From Candidatus Saganbacteria bacterium (GTDB lineage: Bacteria; Margulisbacteria; WOR-1; O2-12-FULL-45-9), in assembly GCA_016932255.1 (NCBI GenBank), contig JAFGDE010000009.1, positions 66,114 through 130,113 on the forward strand: a stretch of DNA of 64,000 nt, in the 5' to 3' direction. Position numbers and translations under genes: made by a program. This document shows positions 9,406 to 18,402 of this stretch, in pieces (positions within the stretch are counted from its first letter, which is position 1; every line of letters starts with the position of its first letter). Under the pieces are notes generated by a model. That model searched no databases and was not told where the DNA came from. It worked only from the letters and a program-made list of their open reading frames with translations.

Positions 9406-9973
9406 GCGTCTTTTTCGCTTTCAGCCTTTTACGCCAAACAACGTAAAGGTGCAGCCCAAGCGTCAGGCCCAGCAGTCCGAAAGAGAGCGCCAGCTTGTTG
9501 CGGTCGACCGGATGGGCTCTCTGCCCGCCGGGGACAACTATTTCTAGTTTATCAGCGTGGATATCAAGGTCGCCCCCGTGCTCGCGGCAGGCCCGGTGGA
9601 AAGTCCCGGTCACGCGCACACGGTCGCCGGTCCGATCGTAACTGCCGGAATATTTGATGCTTTCAGCCTGGGCCGCGGTCAGCCAGATACCAATGGCGCG
9701 CTCGCCGTCATTGACGTTGACCCAGGCATGCGAACGCCTGATCATCACGTCGCCGATCACTTCGCCTTCAAAGGTCACTTTGTGGCCGTCAAAGACGTTG
9801 GCTAAATCGACTAGATTATTGCCGCTGACAGCAGAAGCAATTGACCAATTGCCAAGATACAATAACCAAACAAATAGCAATAAGCAATGACCAATAGCCA
9901 ATTTGAGATATTTAAAATTGGATCTTGAACATTTTTTGCATCTTGTCTCTTGGTTATTGGTTATTACGTTCAT
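9395..9973 (-). CDS. membrane-anchored OB-fold-like protein (hypothetical)
   Basis: 192 aa with a hydrophobic N-terminal segment and a C-terminal TM. The central GDRVRVTGTFHRACREHGGDLDIHA region is seen in small OB-fold proteins. The ATG overlaps the trkH stop (ATGA). Confidence 0.5.
   Translation of the reverse strand: MNVITNNQETRCKKCSRSNFKYLKLAIGHCLLLFVWLLYLGNWSIASAVSGNNLVDLANVFDGHKVTFEGEVIGDVMIRRSHAWVNVNDGERAIGIWLTAAQAESIKYSGSYDRTGDRVRVTGTFHRACREHGGDLDIHADKLEIVVPGGQRAHPVDRNKLALSFGLLGLTLGLHLYVVWRKRLKAKKTLSS
9838..9903. repeat. 7-nt-periodic tract (…ATAGCAA TAAGCAA TGACCAA TAGCCAA…), with inverted partner TTGGTTA TTGGTTA at 9950-9966
   Basis: Read directly from the sequence. It lies in the 5' end of the ORF 9395-9973 and encodes its hydrophobic N-terminus. 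Confidence 0.5.
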
Positions 9974-11487
9974 TTGCTTCTTCCTTTTGCTCCGGTGAAA
10001 CGTGCGATCGCCAGCCCAAACAGGATGAAGATCGACATGAACTCAAGCCTGCCGACCCACATCTGGATAATATAAGTGATCTTGAGCCCGGCCGGCATGC
10101 TTGCGTCGGTTATGCCGGTGGACAGGCCCACATTGGCCGCGGCAGACACGGATTCAAACGCAGCCATATCCAGGGGATAGCCGTAGTAAAGGCCGACCAC
10201 CAGCCCGGCCAGGTAGGTCAAAACATAAAGGATCAACATGACCATGGCCGAGCGGACCAGGCGGTCCTCAAGGATCAAGTCCTTGATGTGATGGAACTTG
10301 GTCACGATCACGGCCGAGCCGGGCGCCATAATGCGCCGCACGTCCTGGATCAGGGCTTTGAAGAATAGGCCGATGCGCAGGGCCTTAATGCCGCCGGCAG
10401 TCGAACAGGCTGAGCCGCCGAAGCCCATGGCCAGAATGACCATGACAAGGGCCAGCACACCCCATTCATTCGGGAACTGCGGCGCATAGACCGTCATGTA
10501 GCCTGTGCCTGAATGGGCTGAGATCAGCTGGTAGAAGCCCTTGCGGAAGACCGCCAGCCAGTCGGGATAGACCCGCCACTGGGTCAGCCCTACGGTCATG
10601 ATGACAAAGAGAACGCTCATCGAGAGGAACAGCGTCCTGGTCTCGATGTTCTTGAACAGCTCCTTGATACGGCCGTTCCAGATGGCATAGTGCAGGCTGA
10701 AATTGAGCGTACCTAGGACCATCAGCAAGATCGTCACCAGTTCATAAGGAAAGCTGTGGTAATAAAGAATGCTCTGGGAATGCGGGGTAAAGCCGCCGGT
10801 GTCAAAAGCCGCCATAAAGATCCAGGTGCCGTGAAGCAGCGAACGGATAAAGGGCATGCCCTCGAGCCAGCCGATCAGTGTCAGCATGAGCGTGCCGATG
10901 GCCAGATAGGCAAAACTGATCAGCCAGATGAACCGGGCGGTCTGGATGACGTTGGGCAGGACCTTTTCCTCGCGCGCTTCGCCGACATACATCCGGTAGG
11001 CTCCGGCCGTGCCGCGCACTAGGAAGGTCAACCCGATGACCACGATGCCCTGGCCGCCTAGGAACATGATCAGATGGCGCCACATGTTGAGCGAGACAGC
11101 GGCGTGGTCCAGGTTGACGATCAGAGCCAGGCCGGTGGTGGCAAAGCCGCTCATCGAATCGAAACAGGCGTCAAGATAGGACAGGTAATGACCGGAGAGG
11201 AACAGGGGAATGGCGCCCAGGAACATGGCCACCAGCCAGTAGATCGAGGTGACCGCCAGGCCCTGGCTCCAGTTAAGGTCCAGGTGCTCGGTGAACGATT
11301 GCTGCAGCAGCATGCCGATCATCACCGCAAGGCTGAAGCTGAGGAGAAAATTGACCGCCATGTCCCATTCGGCAAAGATCAGGGCGGTGATCAACGGTAT
11401 CAGGAAGATAAAACCCAGGCCGATCGTCAGCCGGCCGATATAATATAGTATCGTTCTTAGGTCATTGATCGTGGGTCGGAGCAGCAT
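9970..11487 (-). CDS. trkH: TrkH/KtrB family potassium uptake protein
   Basis: 505-aa polytopic membrane protein. Repeated pore-loop GFxTTG/TGG-like segments (SGFATTGL, FDTGGF, HSGTGY, STAGGI) are typical of TrkH. Confidence 0.9.
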   Translation of the reverse strand: MLLRPTINDLRTILYYIGRLTIGLGFIFLIPLITALIFAEWDMAVNFLLSFSLAVMIGMLLQQSFTEHLDLNWSQGLAVTSIYWLVAMFLGAIPLFLSGHYLSYLDACFDSMSGFATTGLALIVNLDHAAVSLNMWRHLIMFLGGQGIVVIGLTFLVRGTAGAYRMYVGEAREEKVLPNVIQTARFIWLISFAYLAIGTLMLTLIGWLEGMPFIRSLLHGTWIFMAAFDTGGFTPHSQSILYYHSFPYELVTILLMVLGTLNFSLHYAIWNGRIKELFKNIETRTLFLSMSVLFVIMTVGLTQWRVYPDWLAVFRKGFYQLISAHSGTGYMTVYAPQFPNEWGVLALVMVILAMGFGGSACSTAGGIKALRIGLFFKALIQDVRRIMAPGSAVIVTKFHHIKDLILEDRLVRSAMVMLILYVLTYLAGLVVGLYYGYPLDMAAFESVSAAANVGLSTGITDASMPAGLKITYIIQMWVGRLEFMSIFILFGLAIARFTGAKGRSK

Positions 11488-11490
11488 GTG

Positions 11491-12153
11491 CTATTCTTTC
11501 CCCAGCAAAGCTTCGCGCAAGGCCATTTCCGAATCGGTCGTGGCCAGAGCGATAATCGAATCGCCGGGTTTTAATACCGTTTCGCCCTTGGCAAAAATGA
11601 TATGGCTCTCGCGCACGATCGTGGCCAGGATCGAATCAGCAGGCAGCCTGAGCTCCTTAATCATCTTGTCGGCCGCCGGCGCCTTAGGGCCGATGATCAG
11701 TTCGACGATAGAGAGCTTACCGCGCTTGAGCGCCAGCAGAGTGAAGATGTCGCCGATAGTCGCTTCTTCCTCGATCAGCTTTGAGATGATGGTGGTGCTG
11801 GAGACAGTGTCAATCCCCAGTTTCTTGAAAGTGATCTCATTGCTCGGATTATTGACCCGGGCAATGACCCGGGGTACGCCGAAGGTATCGCGCGCCAGCT
11901 GACAGATAATCAGATTGTCCTCGTCATCGCCCGTGACAGCGGCCACGACCTGGGCCCGGGCAATACCGGCGTCCTCCAAGCGGCCGGGGTCGCAGCCGTC
12001 GCCGGCAATGACCAGGACCTGCTCCAAGTCCTCGGCAATACGCTTGGCCATACGCTCCTCTTTTTCCACCAGCGAAGCGTCAAAACCTTCATCAGCCAGG
12101 CGCCTGGCCAGGGAATATCCGACTTTGCCGCCGCCAACGATCAGAACATACAT
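11491..12153 (-). CDS. trkA: Trk system potassium uptake protein TrkA (RCK N + C domains)
   Basis: 220 aa. Rossmann motif VGGGKVG followed by an RCK_C-like C-terminal domain. Confidence 0.85.
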   Translation of the reverse strand: MYVLIVGGGKVGYSLARRLADEGFDASLVEKEERMAKRIAEDLEQVLVIAGDGCDPGRLEDAGIARAQVVAAVTGDDEDNLIICQLARDTFGVPRVIARVNNPSNEITFKKLGIDTVSSTTIISKLIEEEATIGDIFTLLALKRGKLSIVELIIGPKAPAADKMIKELRLPADSILATIVRESHIIFAKGETVLKPGDSIIALATTDSEMALREALLGKE

Positions 12154-12656
12154 TATTTTTTGCCTCCGCCACTCTCTTTGGCCGCTGTTTCTTCCTCTTC
12201 AACGCGATATTCGACCAGGCCGATGTCGTTACCGATGGTGAACTCGTGTTTGGCCGATTCCTTGAGCAGAGCGCTGCGGAAAATATGCGCCACCAGGGTA
12301 GTAGTGCCGATCGTGTTAAGGCCGAATTTTTTGTAGATATCAGCGCGCAGAGGGTCATATATCCGGGTCAGAACACGGGGCACGTTGTAAATGCGCTTGG
12401 CGATCTGACTGACCATGATGTTGCTGTTATCGCCGTTGGTCACCGCGGCTAAAGCGTCAGCCCGTTCAATGCCCGCGCGCTTGAGAATATCTGGGTCAAA
12501 ACCAACGCCGGTGATGGTGATGCCGTTGAAGTCAGCCCCCAGGCGCTTGAAAGACTCTTGGTTCTTGTCCACGATCACTACGTTGTGGCCTTCGGATGAA
12601 AGTATCTGGGCCAGCTGGGCGCCCACGCGGCCGCAGCCGACAATTATGATATGCAT
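12153..12656 (-). CDS. TrkA-N (RCK N-terminal, NAD-binding) domain protein
   Basis: 167 aa. IVGCGRVGAQLA Rossmann motif. Only the N domain is recognisable. Its stop overlaps the next trkA start. Confidence 0.8.
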   Translation of the reverse strand: MHIIIVGCGRVGAQLAQILSSEGHNVVIVDKNQESFKRLGADFNGITITGVGFDPDILKRAGIERADALAAVTNGDNSNIMVSQIAKRIYNVPRVLTRIYDPLRADIYKKFGLNTIGTTTLVAHIFRSALLKESAKHEFTIGNDIGLVEYRVEEEETAAKESGGGKK

Positions 12657-12657
12657 C

Positions 12658-13341
12658 CTACTGCTCCTTTTTCAGCGGCACTTCAGGCGGCAGCGTTGAA
12701 GGTTTCAATACCCCTCCGGAGACCACGTACTTGAACGCGTCTTCGGTCCTCATGTCCAGCAGAATGACATCCCTGGCCGGGACAATGATCAGAAAACCCG
12801 TGGCCGGGGTGGGGGTGTTGGGCACGAACACGTTGATCATCTTCTGTTTGGTCTTGGCCTCGATCTCCAGCGCCGCGTCGGATGTGACGAAACCCATGGA
12901 CCAGATGCCCTTGCGCGGATATTCAATCAAACAGGCCCGCCGGTATTCCTCAGTTGCCTTCTGCATAAAAAGCATGTCGTTGATCTGCTTGACCGCGGAA
13001 TAAACGCTCTTGACGATGGGGACGCGGTAGAGTATTTCTTCGCCCAGCTTGAAGATCTGGGCGCCAATAATATATGTGGCGAAGAAGCCAACCACCAGGA
13101 TCAGCGCCAGAGTGATGACCAGACCGAGGCCGGGGATGGGTTTGCCGGCGATCAGGGTGATGATATTGCCCAGGATGCTGTCCAGGAAAGTGAAAATGAA
13201 GTAAAGCAGCCAGATGGTCACCAGCAGCGGCAGCAGGGTGATCAGACCGCGCAGGAAGTATCCGCTGATCTTTTGCCACATAAAATAGGGCCTCCCTTGA
13301 TGATCTCGTATAAGTTTACCACCGGTATTTGCCTTTGGCAA
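12658..13341 (-). CDS. DUF502 domain-containing membrane protein
   Basis: 227 aa. Two N-terminal TM helices, with VPNTPTPATGFL and the general layout recalling the DUF502 family. Confidence 0.7.
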   Translation of the reverse strand: MPKANTGGKLIRDHQGRPYFMWQKISGYFLRGLITLLPLLVTIWLLYFIFTFLDSILGNIITLIAGKPIPGLGLVITLALILVVGFFATYIIGAQIFKLGEEILYRVPIVKSVYSAVKQINDMLFMQKATEEYRRACLIEYPRKGIWSMGFVTSDAALEIEAKTKQKMINVFVPNTPTPATGFLIIVPARDVILLDMRTEDAFKYVVSGGVLKPSTLPPEVPLKKEQ

Positions 13342-13352
13342 CCGGCATATGT

Positions 13353-13358
13353 TATACT
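13353..13358 (+). promoter_or_regulatory. extended -10 box (TGtTATACT)
   Basis: catATGTTATACTcgg. The ORF-track start at 13349 lies inside this box, so the real start is probably the GTG at 13388, which follows AGGAGG. Confidence 0.4.
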
Positions 13359-13387
13359 CGGCTAAACCTGTTCAGGAGGTGTTCCTT

Positions 13388-13621
13388 GTGACTAGCGCCT
13401 ATATTCTGGTTGAATCATTGCCTGGCAAAGCTATCGAACTGACCAATATCGTCAAGGGGATCAAAGGGGTCAAGACCGTCCATCTGGTGACCGGACCCTA
13501 TGATGTGATCGCTTTTGTCGAAGCGGCAGACTTAAAGTCCCTGGGCGAAGTGATCGTAAAGAAGATCCAGTCCTCGGGCTGCGTCGCCAGGACTCTGACC
13601 TGTATCACTGTCGAGCAGTAG
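13388..13621 (+). CDS. small Lrp/AsnC ligand-binding (RAM) domain protein
   Basis: 77 aa from a GTG that follows an AGGAGG Shine-Dalgarno sequence. AYILV...V..V..V.G.YD.I..V pattern of stand-alone AsnC-type domains. The 3' end overlaps leuA convergently. Confidence 0.6.
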   Translation: MTSAYILVESLPGKAIELTNIVKGIKGVKTVHLVTGPYDVIAFVEAADLKSLGEVIVKKIQSSGCVARTLTCITVEQ

Positions 13622-15152
13622 TTCCTCGACTACGCTCGATGCCTGCGTAGATCAAACGGTTGATCGCTGCCAGATAAGCTTTGCCTGAGGCCACCAGTAT
13701 GTCCGTGTCGGCGCCGTGGCCCACATAGATCTTGTCCTTATCCTTGATCCTGACCGTGACCTCTCCCAGCGCATCAGTGCCGCCGGTGATGGCTTGGATC
13801 GAATAATCCACTAAACTGGCTTTGACCTTGGTCAACTCGGCGATCGCCTTGTAGACAGCGTCAACCGGACCGGCCCCGGTCGCGACCGCCTTGATCTTTT
13901 TGCCTTTGTGGCTCAACTGGACCTTGGCTGTTGGTCGGTCATGGGTGCCTGACTTGATAGCGATCTTCTCAACGCAATATTCTTCCGGCACGACATAGAC
14001 CTCTTCGGCCACTATAATCTCCAGATCGCGCTCGCTAACCTCTTTTTTCTTGTCCGCGACCTCGAGAAACCGCTGATAAGCCTTTTCCAAAGCGTCCTTG
14101 TCCAGATCATAGCCCATGTCCTTGAACTTTTTTTGCAGGGCGTGGCGGCCGGAATGCTTGCCCATGACGATCTTGCTCTCGGTCAACCCGATGTCATTGG
14201 GATGCATGATCTCGTACGTTTCGCGGGCCCGCAAGACACCGTGCTGGTGGATGCCGGCCTCATGGGCAAAAGCGTTGGCCCCGACGACCGCCTTGTTGGG
14301 CTGGACCATCATGCCGGTGAGGTTGCTGACCAACCGGCTGGTCTTGTAGATCTCTTTGGTGTTTATCCTTGTTTCGCAGTCAAAGAAATCCTTCCTGGTC
14401 TTGAGGTTCATCACGACCTCTTCGAGCGAGGCATTGCCTGCGCGTTCCCCGATGCCGTTTATCGTGCACTCGATCTGGTCAGCGCCTGCCTTGATCGCAG
14501 CCAAAGAATTAGCTACCGCGAGGCCAAGGTCATTGTGCACGTGTACGCTGATGACCGTGCTGTTCTTCTTGATCTGCGGCACGTTCTTGATGATGTTCTC
14601 GATCAGTTGGCCGAATTCCCAGGGGGAAGTGTAGCCGACCGTATCGGGAATGTTCACGGTTTGAGCGCCGGCGTCAATGACCGCGCCGACGACCTTGTAA
14701 AGGAATTCAGGGTCAGACCTGCCCGCGTCCTCCGGAGAGAATTCCACATCCGGGCAGAGTGATCTGGCATATTTGACCATCTCGACCGCCTGCTTGAGCA
14801 CCTGCTCAGGTGTCATCCGGAGTTTTTTCTCCATGTGAATAGGAGAAGTGGCGATGAAAGTGTGGATCCTGGGCCGCTCGCAGTATTTGACCGCTTCCCA
14901 GGCGCGCTCAATGTCCTCTTTTTTGGCCCTGGCCAGGGAGCAGATCTGAGGGCCTTTGACTGTTTGGGCAATGGCCTTGATCGCGTTAAAATCGCCCTGC
15001 GAAGCAATGGCAAAGCCGGCCTCGATCACATCAACATTGAGCTTGGCCAGCTGGCGGGCGATCTCCAGCTTTTCTTCGGGATTAAGCGACGCGCCAGGGC
15101 ACTGTTCGCCGTCCCGAAGAGTGGTGTCGAATATCTTGATTGTTCTGGTCAT
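13605..15152 (-). CDS. leuA: 2-isopropylmalate synthase
   Basis: 515 aa. [24 protein letters not shown] and a C-terminal LeuA dimerisation/regulatory domain. Confidence 0.92.
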   Translation of the reverse strand: MTRTIKIFDTTLRDGEQCPGASLNPEEKLEIARQLAKLNVDVIEAGFAIASQGDFNAIKAIAQTVKGPQICSLARAKKEDIERAWEAVKYCERPRIHTFIATSPIHMEKKLRMTPEQVLKQAVEMVKYARSLCPDVEFSPEDAGRSDPEFLYKVVGAVIDAGAQTVNIPDTVGYTSPWEFGQLIENIIKNVPQIKKNSTVISVHVHNDLGLAVANSLAAIKAGADQIECTINGIGERAGNASLEEVVMNLKTRKDFFDCETRINTKEIYKTSRLVSNLTGMMVQPNKAVVGANAFAHEAGIHQHGVLRARETYEIMHPNDIGLTESKIVMGKHSGRHALQKKFKDMGYDLDKDALEKAYQRFLEVADKKKEVSERDLEIIVAEEVYVVPEEYCVEKIAIKSGTHDRPTAKVQLSHKGKKIKAVATGAGPVDAVYKAIAELTKVKASLVDYSIQAITGGTDALGEVTVRIKDKDKIYVGHGADTDILVASGKAYLAAINRLIYAGIERSRGTTARQ

Positions 15153-15201
15153 AATGATCCCTCCTGAATCAGGGGTTTATTCTAACATAATTTGCCGTGA
15201 A

Positions 15202-15233
15202 ATGCGAAATATCTTTAATGAACAAGCGATAAT
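15202..15233 (+). promoter_or_regulatory. loose copy of the ATGCAAGTT-N13-TACGATA motif (ATGCGAAAT-N14-AGCGATAAT)
   Basis: Read directly from the sequence. The spacer is one nt longer than in the strong copies. The downstream box ends 7 nt before the ATG at 15240. Confidence 0.3.
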
Positions 15234-15239
15234 GAATAT

Positions 15240-16616
15240 ATGGTCACAGCAGCCGGAACGTTAAGACAAATATACAGTTCAATGACCGCCAGCCGCTGGC
15301 CGACGTACTATCGTTTGCCGGGAGACAAGACCCCTTCGAGGGCGCATCTGCCGGCGATCAAAGGCGTTGCCAGAAGCTCGATCGTTCATGCCTTGACCTT
15401 TCACGCGCTTCCTTTCCAGGTCGACCGAGTGATCGATGGTCTGCCTGCGACCGAGCAGCTGGACTCTTTGCCTGAACTGGGCAAACAGTACCTTTCTTTC
15501 TCGGTCTATGCGCTCAAACAGATGGTAGCGGCCGGTGCCATAAGCGCGAACACGGCCTGGAACATATTCAGCCACGATCTGGTCCGTGCCAGCCTTGTCG
15601 ATGAAGGCAATTATTCTGAGACCCGCAGGGATTTTCTGCGGGAGGCTTTTAACTTAAGCGTGCGCGGTGACGGTCTTGCCGATATATCAGACAACGGCCT
15701 GCTGCTGTTCGAGTTCCTGGCACGGGCGGGACAGGCCGGCCTGGCGCAATTTAATAAATTCTCTGATTGGTCACAACAGCTTGTTTTTGATGAGGAGACC
15801 TGCCGGGACCTGAGTGAACCGGTCAGGGATGAATATCGCAAAGCGCTTTGGCTGGAGATGCGCTTGATCGAACGGCAGATCGGCTTGCCTGCTTTCAATG
15901 CGGACCTGGAAAAATTCAGCCTGGGCTCTCCGGGCGGACTGTATAAGGACAATTCGATCACCGGGTCGGTCGACATCTTTAAGGTTTACGATCTCAATTA
16001 TAATGCCGAAGCCGGACTGCCAGTCGATTCAATAATCAAAGCGGAGATCGGCCACTGGATGTTCGGGAGACTGGGCTTGAAAGAGTTCGATTTTCCGGGC
16101 GGATTCCCTGGTCGATTGATCTCAGAGCTGATGCATCGTATGCATCACGCAGCATATACTCCGCGGATCGCCCGGTTGATGGAAACATTACCGCAGGACC
16201 AGCTGCCGCCGGAAGCATTGACTTTTTTGTCCGGTCAGTTCCTCTCGGAGATCATGACCCCTCCGTCTGTTTGGCAGGATTTTTTTCCGGTCTATCCAAT
16301 TTCTTTTCCCGCTAAATTAGCGGATTTTTTCAGCCAGATGCGTACGCATCCGGATCGGGGCAATATCTTAGGGGTGGTTGAGATCGGCGCTGAATATCTG
16401 GATAGCATTATCCGCTTCCGCTTGGTCCGCGCTTTGAGGCAGGGAGAAATAAACTGCCGGCAACTTTACCCTCTCTACCGCCGTTTGGGCGTTTATGTCG
16501 CTATGCTTCACCTGGGCGGCAAGCTTGATATTGAGATCGTCGACCGCATCGGCGACCTTGACCAGGCGGACATAAGCAGATATTTCGCTTTGGCCAGGGC
16601 CAGGACATTTATATGA
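15240..16616 (+). CDS. hypothetical protein (no family recognised)
   Basis: 458-aa ORF with no competing ORF of similar length. No TM or signal peptide seen. Its stop overlaps the next ATG (ATGA). Confidence 0.55.
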   Translation: MVTAAGTLRQIYSSMTASRWPTYYRLPGDKTPSRAHLPAIKGVARSSIVHALTFHALPFQVDRVIDGLPATEQLDSLPELGKQYLSFSVYALKQMVAAGAISANTAWNIFSHDLVRASLVDEGNYSETRRDFLREAFNLSVRGDGLADISDNGLLLFEFLARAGQAGLAQFNKFSDWSQQLVFDEETCRDLSEPVRDEYRKALWLEMRLIERQIGLPAFNADLEKFSLGSPGGLYKDNSITGSVDIFKVYDLNYNAEAGLPVDSIIKAEIGHWMFGRLGLKEFDFPGGFPGRLISELMHRMHHAAYTPRIARLMETLPQDQLPPEALTFLSGQFLSEIMTPPSVWQDFFPVYPISFPAKLADFFSQMRTHPDRGNILGVVEIGAEYLDSIIRFRLVRALRQGEINCRQLYPLYRRLGVYVAMLHLGGKLDIEIVDRIGDLDQADISRYFALARARTFI

Positions 16617-16918
16617 AAATAACCGCTCTCCCGAGATTAAGGCATACTCAGCGGCTGAACCAGCCGCAGGCTGAGCGTTTCTTTAAAGCGATCCGGCAGT
16701 GGCTGGCCGGGGCCAACCGCAAGGTGGCGGACTTGAAGAACGCCGATCAGAACCGCAACCACGTCGATCTCTATTCCAGCAAGATCCGCCGGGCGCTCAG
16801 CGAAGTCCAGCATCATCTCGATTATCTGCGGGCGCAGGGATTCCAAAACGAAGGATTGGAGCGGGAGCTGGCTATATTGGCAGAGCGGCTGGACCAGTTG
16901 GAGGACCGTGCGGGCTAG
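16613..16918 (+). CDS. hypothetical protein, helical/charged
   Basis: 101 aa, translationally coupled to the 458-aa ORF. No family recognised. Confidence 0.45.
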   Translation: MKITALPRLRHTQRLNQPQAERFFKAIRQWLAGANRKVADLKNADQNRNHVDLYSSKIRRALSEVQHHLDYLRAQGFQNEGLERELAILAERLDQLEDRAG

Positions 16919-17034
16919 TTCTTGCTGCGATCATCGCGGGCCTTGATCTTCATCGCTTTGGCAAACGACTTGATCCTGGCCTGCTTCTGCCTGATTTGTG
17001 TTAATTTATATTGTCTTCTGCCGATCTGGCGCAT
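16915..17034 (-). CDS. possible small basic protein (39 aa, MRQIGRRQYKLTQIRQKQARIKSFAKAMKIKARDDRSKN)
   Basis: My own translation of the minus strand. The ATG directly abuts the pmbA-like stop (TAAATG). The peptide is very Lys/Arg-rich and too short for the ORF track. Confidence 0.25.
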   Translation of the reverse strand: MRQIGRRQYKLTQIRQKQARIKSFAKAMKIKARDDRSKN

Positions 17035-18363
17035 TTAACCCCCGCTCACGCTCATGTCGTGGATCAATAGAGTAGGCGAGCCGATATCTTCAATAAACCT
17101 CAGGTCTGAGCCGACCGCTTCGATCTGTTTTAACATCTCGATCAGATTACCCGCGATAGTAATGCCTCGCACCGGATAAGTTTTTTCCCCATTCTCGATC
17201 ATCAACCCGGCAGCGCCGACCGAGAAATTGCCGGAGATCGGGTTGACCGTGTGCATGCCCATGACCCGGGTGATGAACAGGCCATGTTTGATCGAGGCCA
17301 GCATCTCTTCGGGTTTGACCGGACCGGCCGGGATGTAAAGGTTCGTTGTGCCTGTTCCCGGTAGGTTCATGAACGAGCCGCGCACCGCGTTGCCGGTCGA
17401 ATTGACCCCGCCTTTTTTCGCGGTGTAAGCGTTATAGAGAAAGGTCAGCAGTTTGCCTTTGTCGATCAGTTTTGTTTCCTGGGTGGCCGAGCCCTCGGCG
17501 TCAAAAGGCGCGCTGGATAAGCCATTGGGCAAGCGGCCGTCATCGATCACGGTCACAGCCTGGGCAGCGACCAGCTGGCCCAGTTTGTCCGCGAACATCG
17601 ATTTGCCTTTTTGTACCGCTTCAGCGGTCAGGGCCGCGACCATGGCGGAGATGATCTCCGCGCCGACCACCGGGTCGATCAAGAGCGGCAGTTTCCGGCT
17701 CTTGACATGTTTTGCTCCTAAAAGCAGGGCAGCGCGCTGGGCAGATTCTTCCCCGACAGCCGCAGGATCGAAGTCAGCGAATTTCTTTGTAAAACTCACG
17801 CCGAAACCGGCTTCCATATTGCCGTCAGAGCCGGCAATCATCTGGGCAAAACCGCCGCACATGTTGGTCTTATATGCCACTGCCAGACCAAGTGAATTGA
17901 ACAGCTCGATCTCAGAACTGCCATCGCTGTAGGAAACGCGCTCGGTCTTTTTGATCCGTTCGTCAGCCTTATAGGCAGAGTCCTCCATCTCTAAGGCAAG
18001 CCGGACCTTTTCTTTGATCTTGATTTCATCGATCTCTCTGTCGTAGAGATCAAGAGAAGAAGGCATGGCGGAACAAGGGGCGGGCAGGCAGTTGTTCTCA
18101 TCAGGTTCAGCGTTGGCAGCGTTGGCCAGGGCTTGCCCGATCGTTGACTCGATCACGCTCTCGTCGAATTCGGAAGTGTAGGCAAAACCGAGCCGCTTGT
18201 CCTTGATCAGCCGGATGGCGCAGCCGATATCCTCGACTTCCTTGATCGCCTCGACCTTGCCGTCCAGGACATCGATGGTCAGGGTCCTGTTCTTTGAAAG
18301 AAATACTTCTGCCTGGTCAGCCTTGTTTTTGAGTTTATTTAGTATATCGTTTGTGTTAATCAT
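17035..18363 (-). CDS. TldD/PmbA family metalloprotease
   Basis: 442 aa. Overall TldD/PmbA layout, with the C-terminal GNFSVGAAGLMIENGE...RGITIAGN region typical of the family. Confidence 0.88.
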   Translation of the reverse strand: MINTNDILNKLKNKADQAEVFLSKNRTLTIDVLDGKVEAIKEVEDIGCAIRLIKDKRLGFAYTSEFDESVIESTIGQALANAANAEPDENNCLPAPCSAMPSSLDLYDREIDEIKIKEKVRLALEMEDSAYKADERIKKTERVSYSDGSSEIELFNSLGLAVAYKTNMCGGFAQMIAGSDGNMEAGFGVSFTKKFADFDPAAVGEESAQRAALLLGAKHVKSRKLPLLIDPVVGAEIISAMVAALTAEAVQKGKSMFADKLGQLVAAQAVTVIDDGRLPNGLSSAPFDAEGSATQETKLIDKGKLLTFLYNAYTAKKGGVNSTGNAVRGSFMNLPGTGTTNLYIPAGPVKPEEMLASIKHGLFITRVMGMHTVNPISGNFSVGAAGLMIENGEKTYPVRGITIAGNLIEMLKQIEAVGSDLRFIEDIGSPTLLIHDMSVSGG

Positions 18364-18366
18364 TTT

Positions 18367-18401
18367 GTAGTCTGTAGCCGGTAGCCAGTAGTCTGTAAGG
18401 T
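18367..18401. repeat. five tandem heptads GTAGTCT GTAGCCG GTAGCCA GTAGTCT GTAAGGT between pta and the pmbA-like gene
   Basis: Read directly from the sequence. It fills the whole 39-nt intergenic gap, and no Shine-Dalgarno sequence precedes the downstream (minus-strand) start. Confidence 0.65.
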
Positions 18402-18402
18402 G

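Noticed and set aside
15153-15184. Possible regulatory hairpin in the leuA leader (CCCCTGA-tt-CAGGaGGG covering the Shine-Dalgarno sequence) or a leucine leader peptide
   Set aside because: The stem is short and imperfect, and no Leu-rich mini-ORF or terminator is visible.
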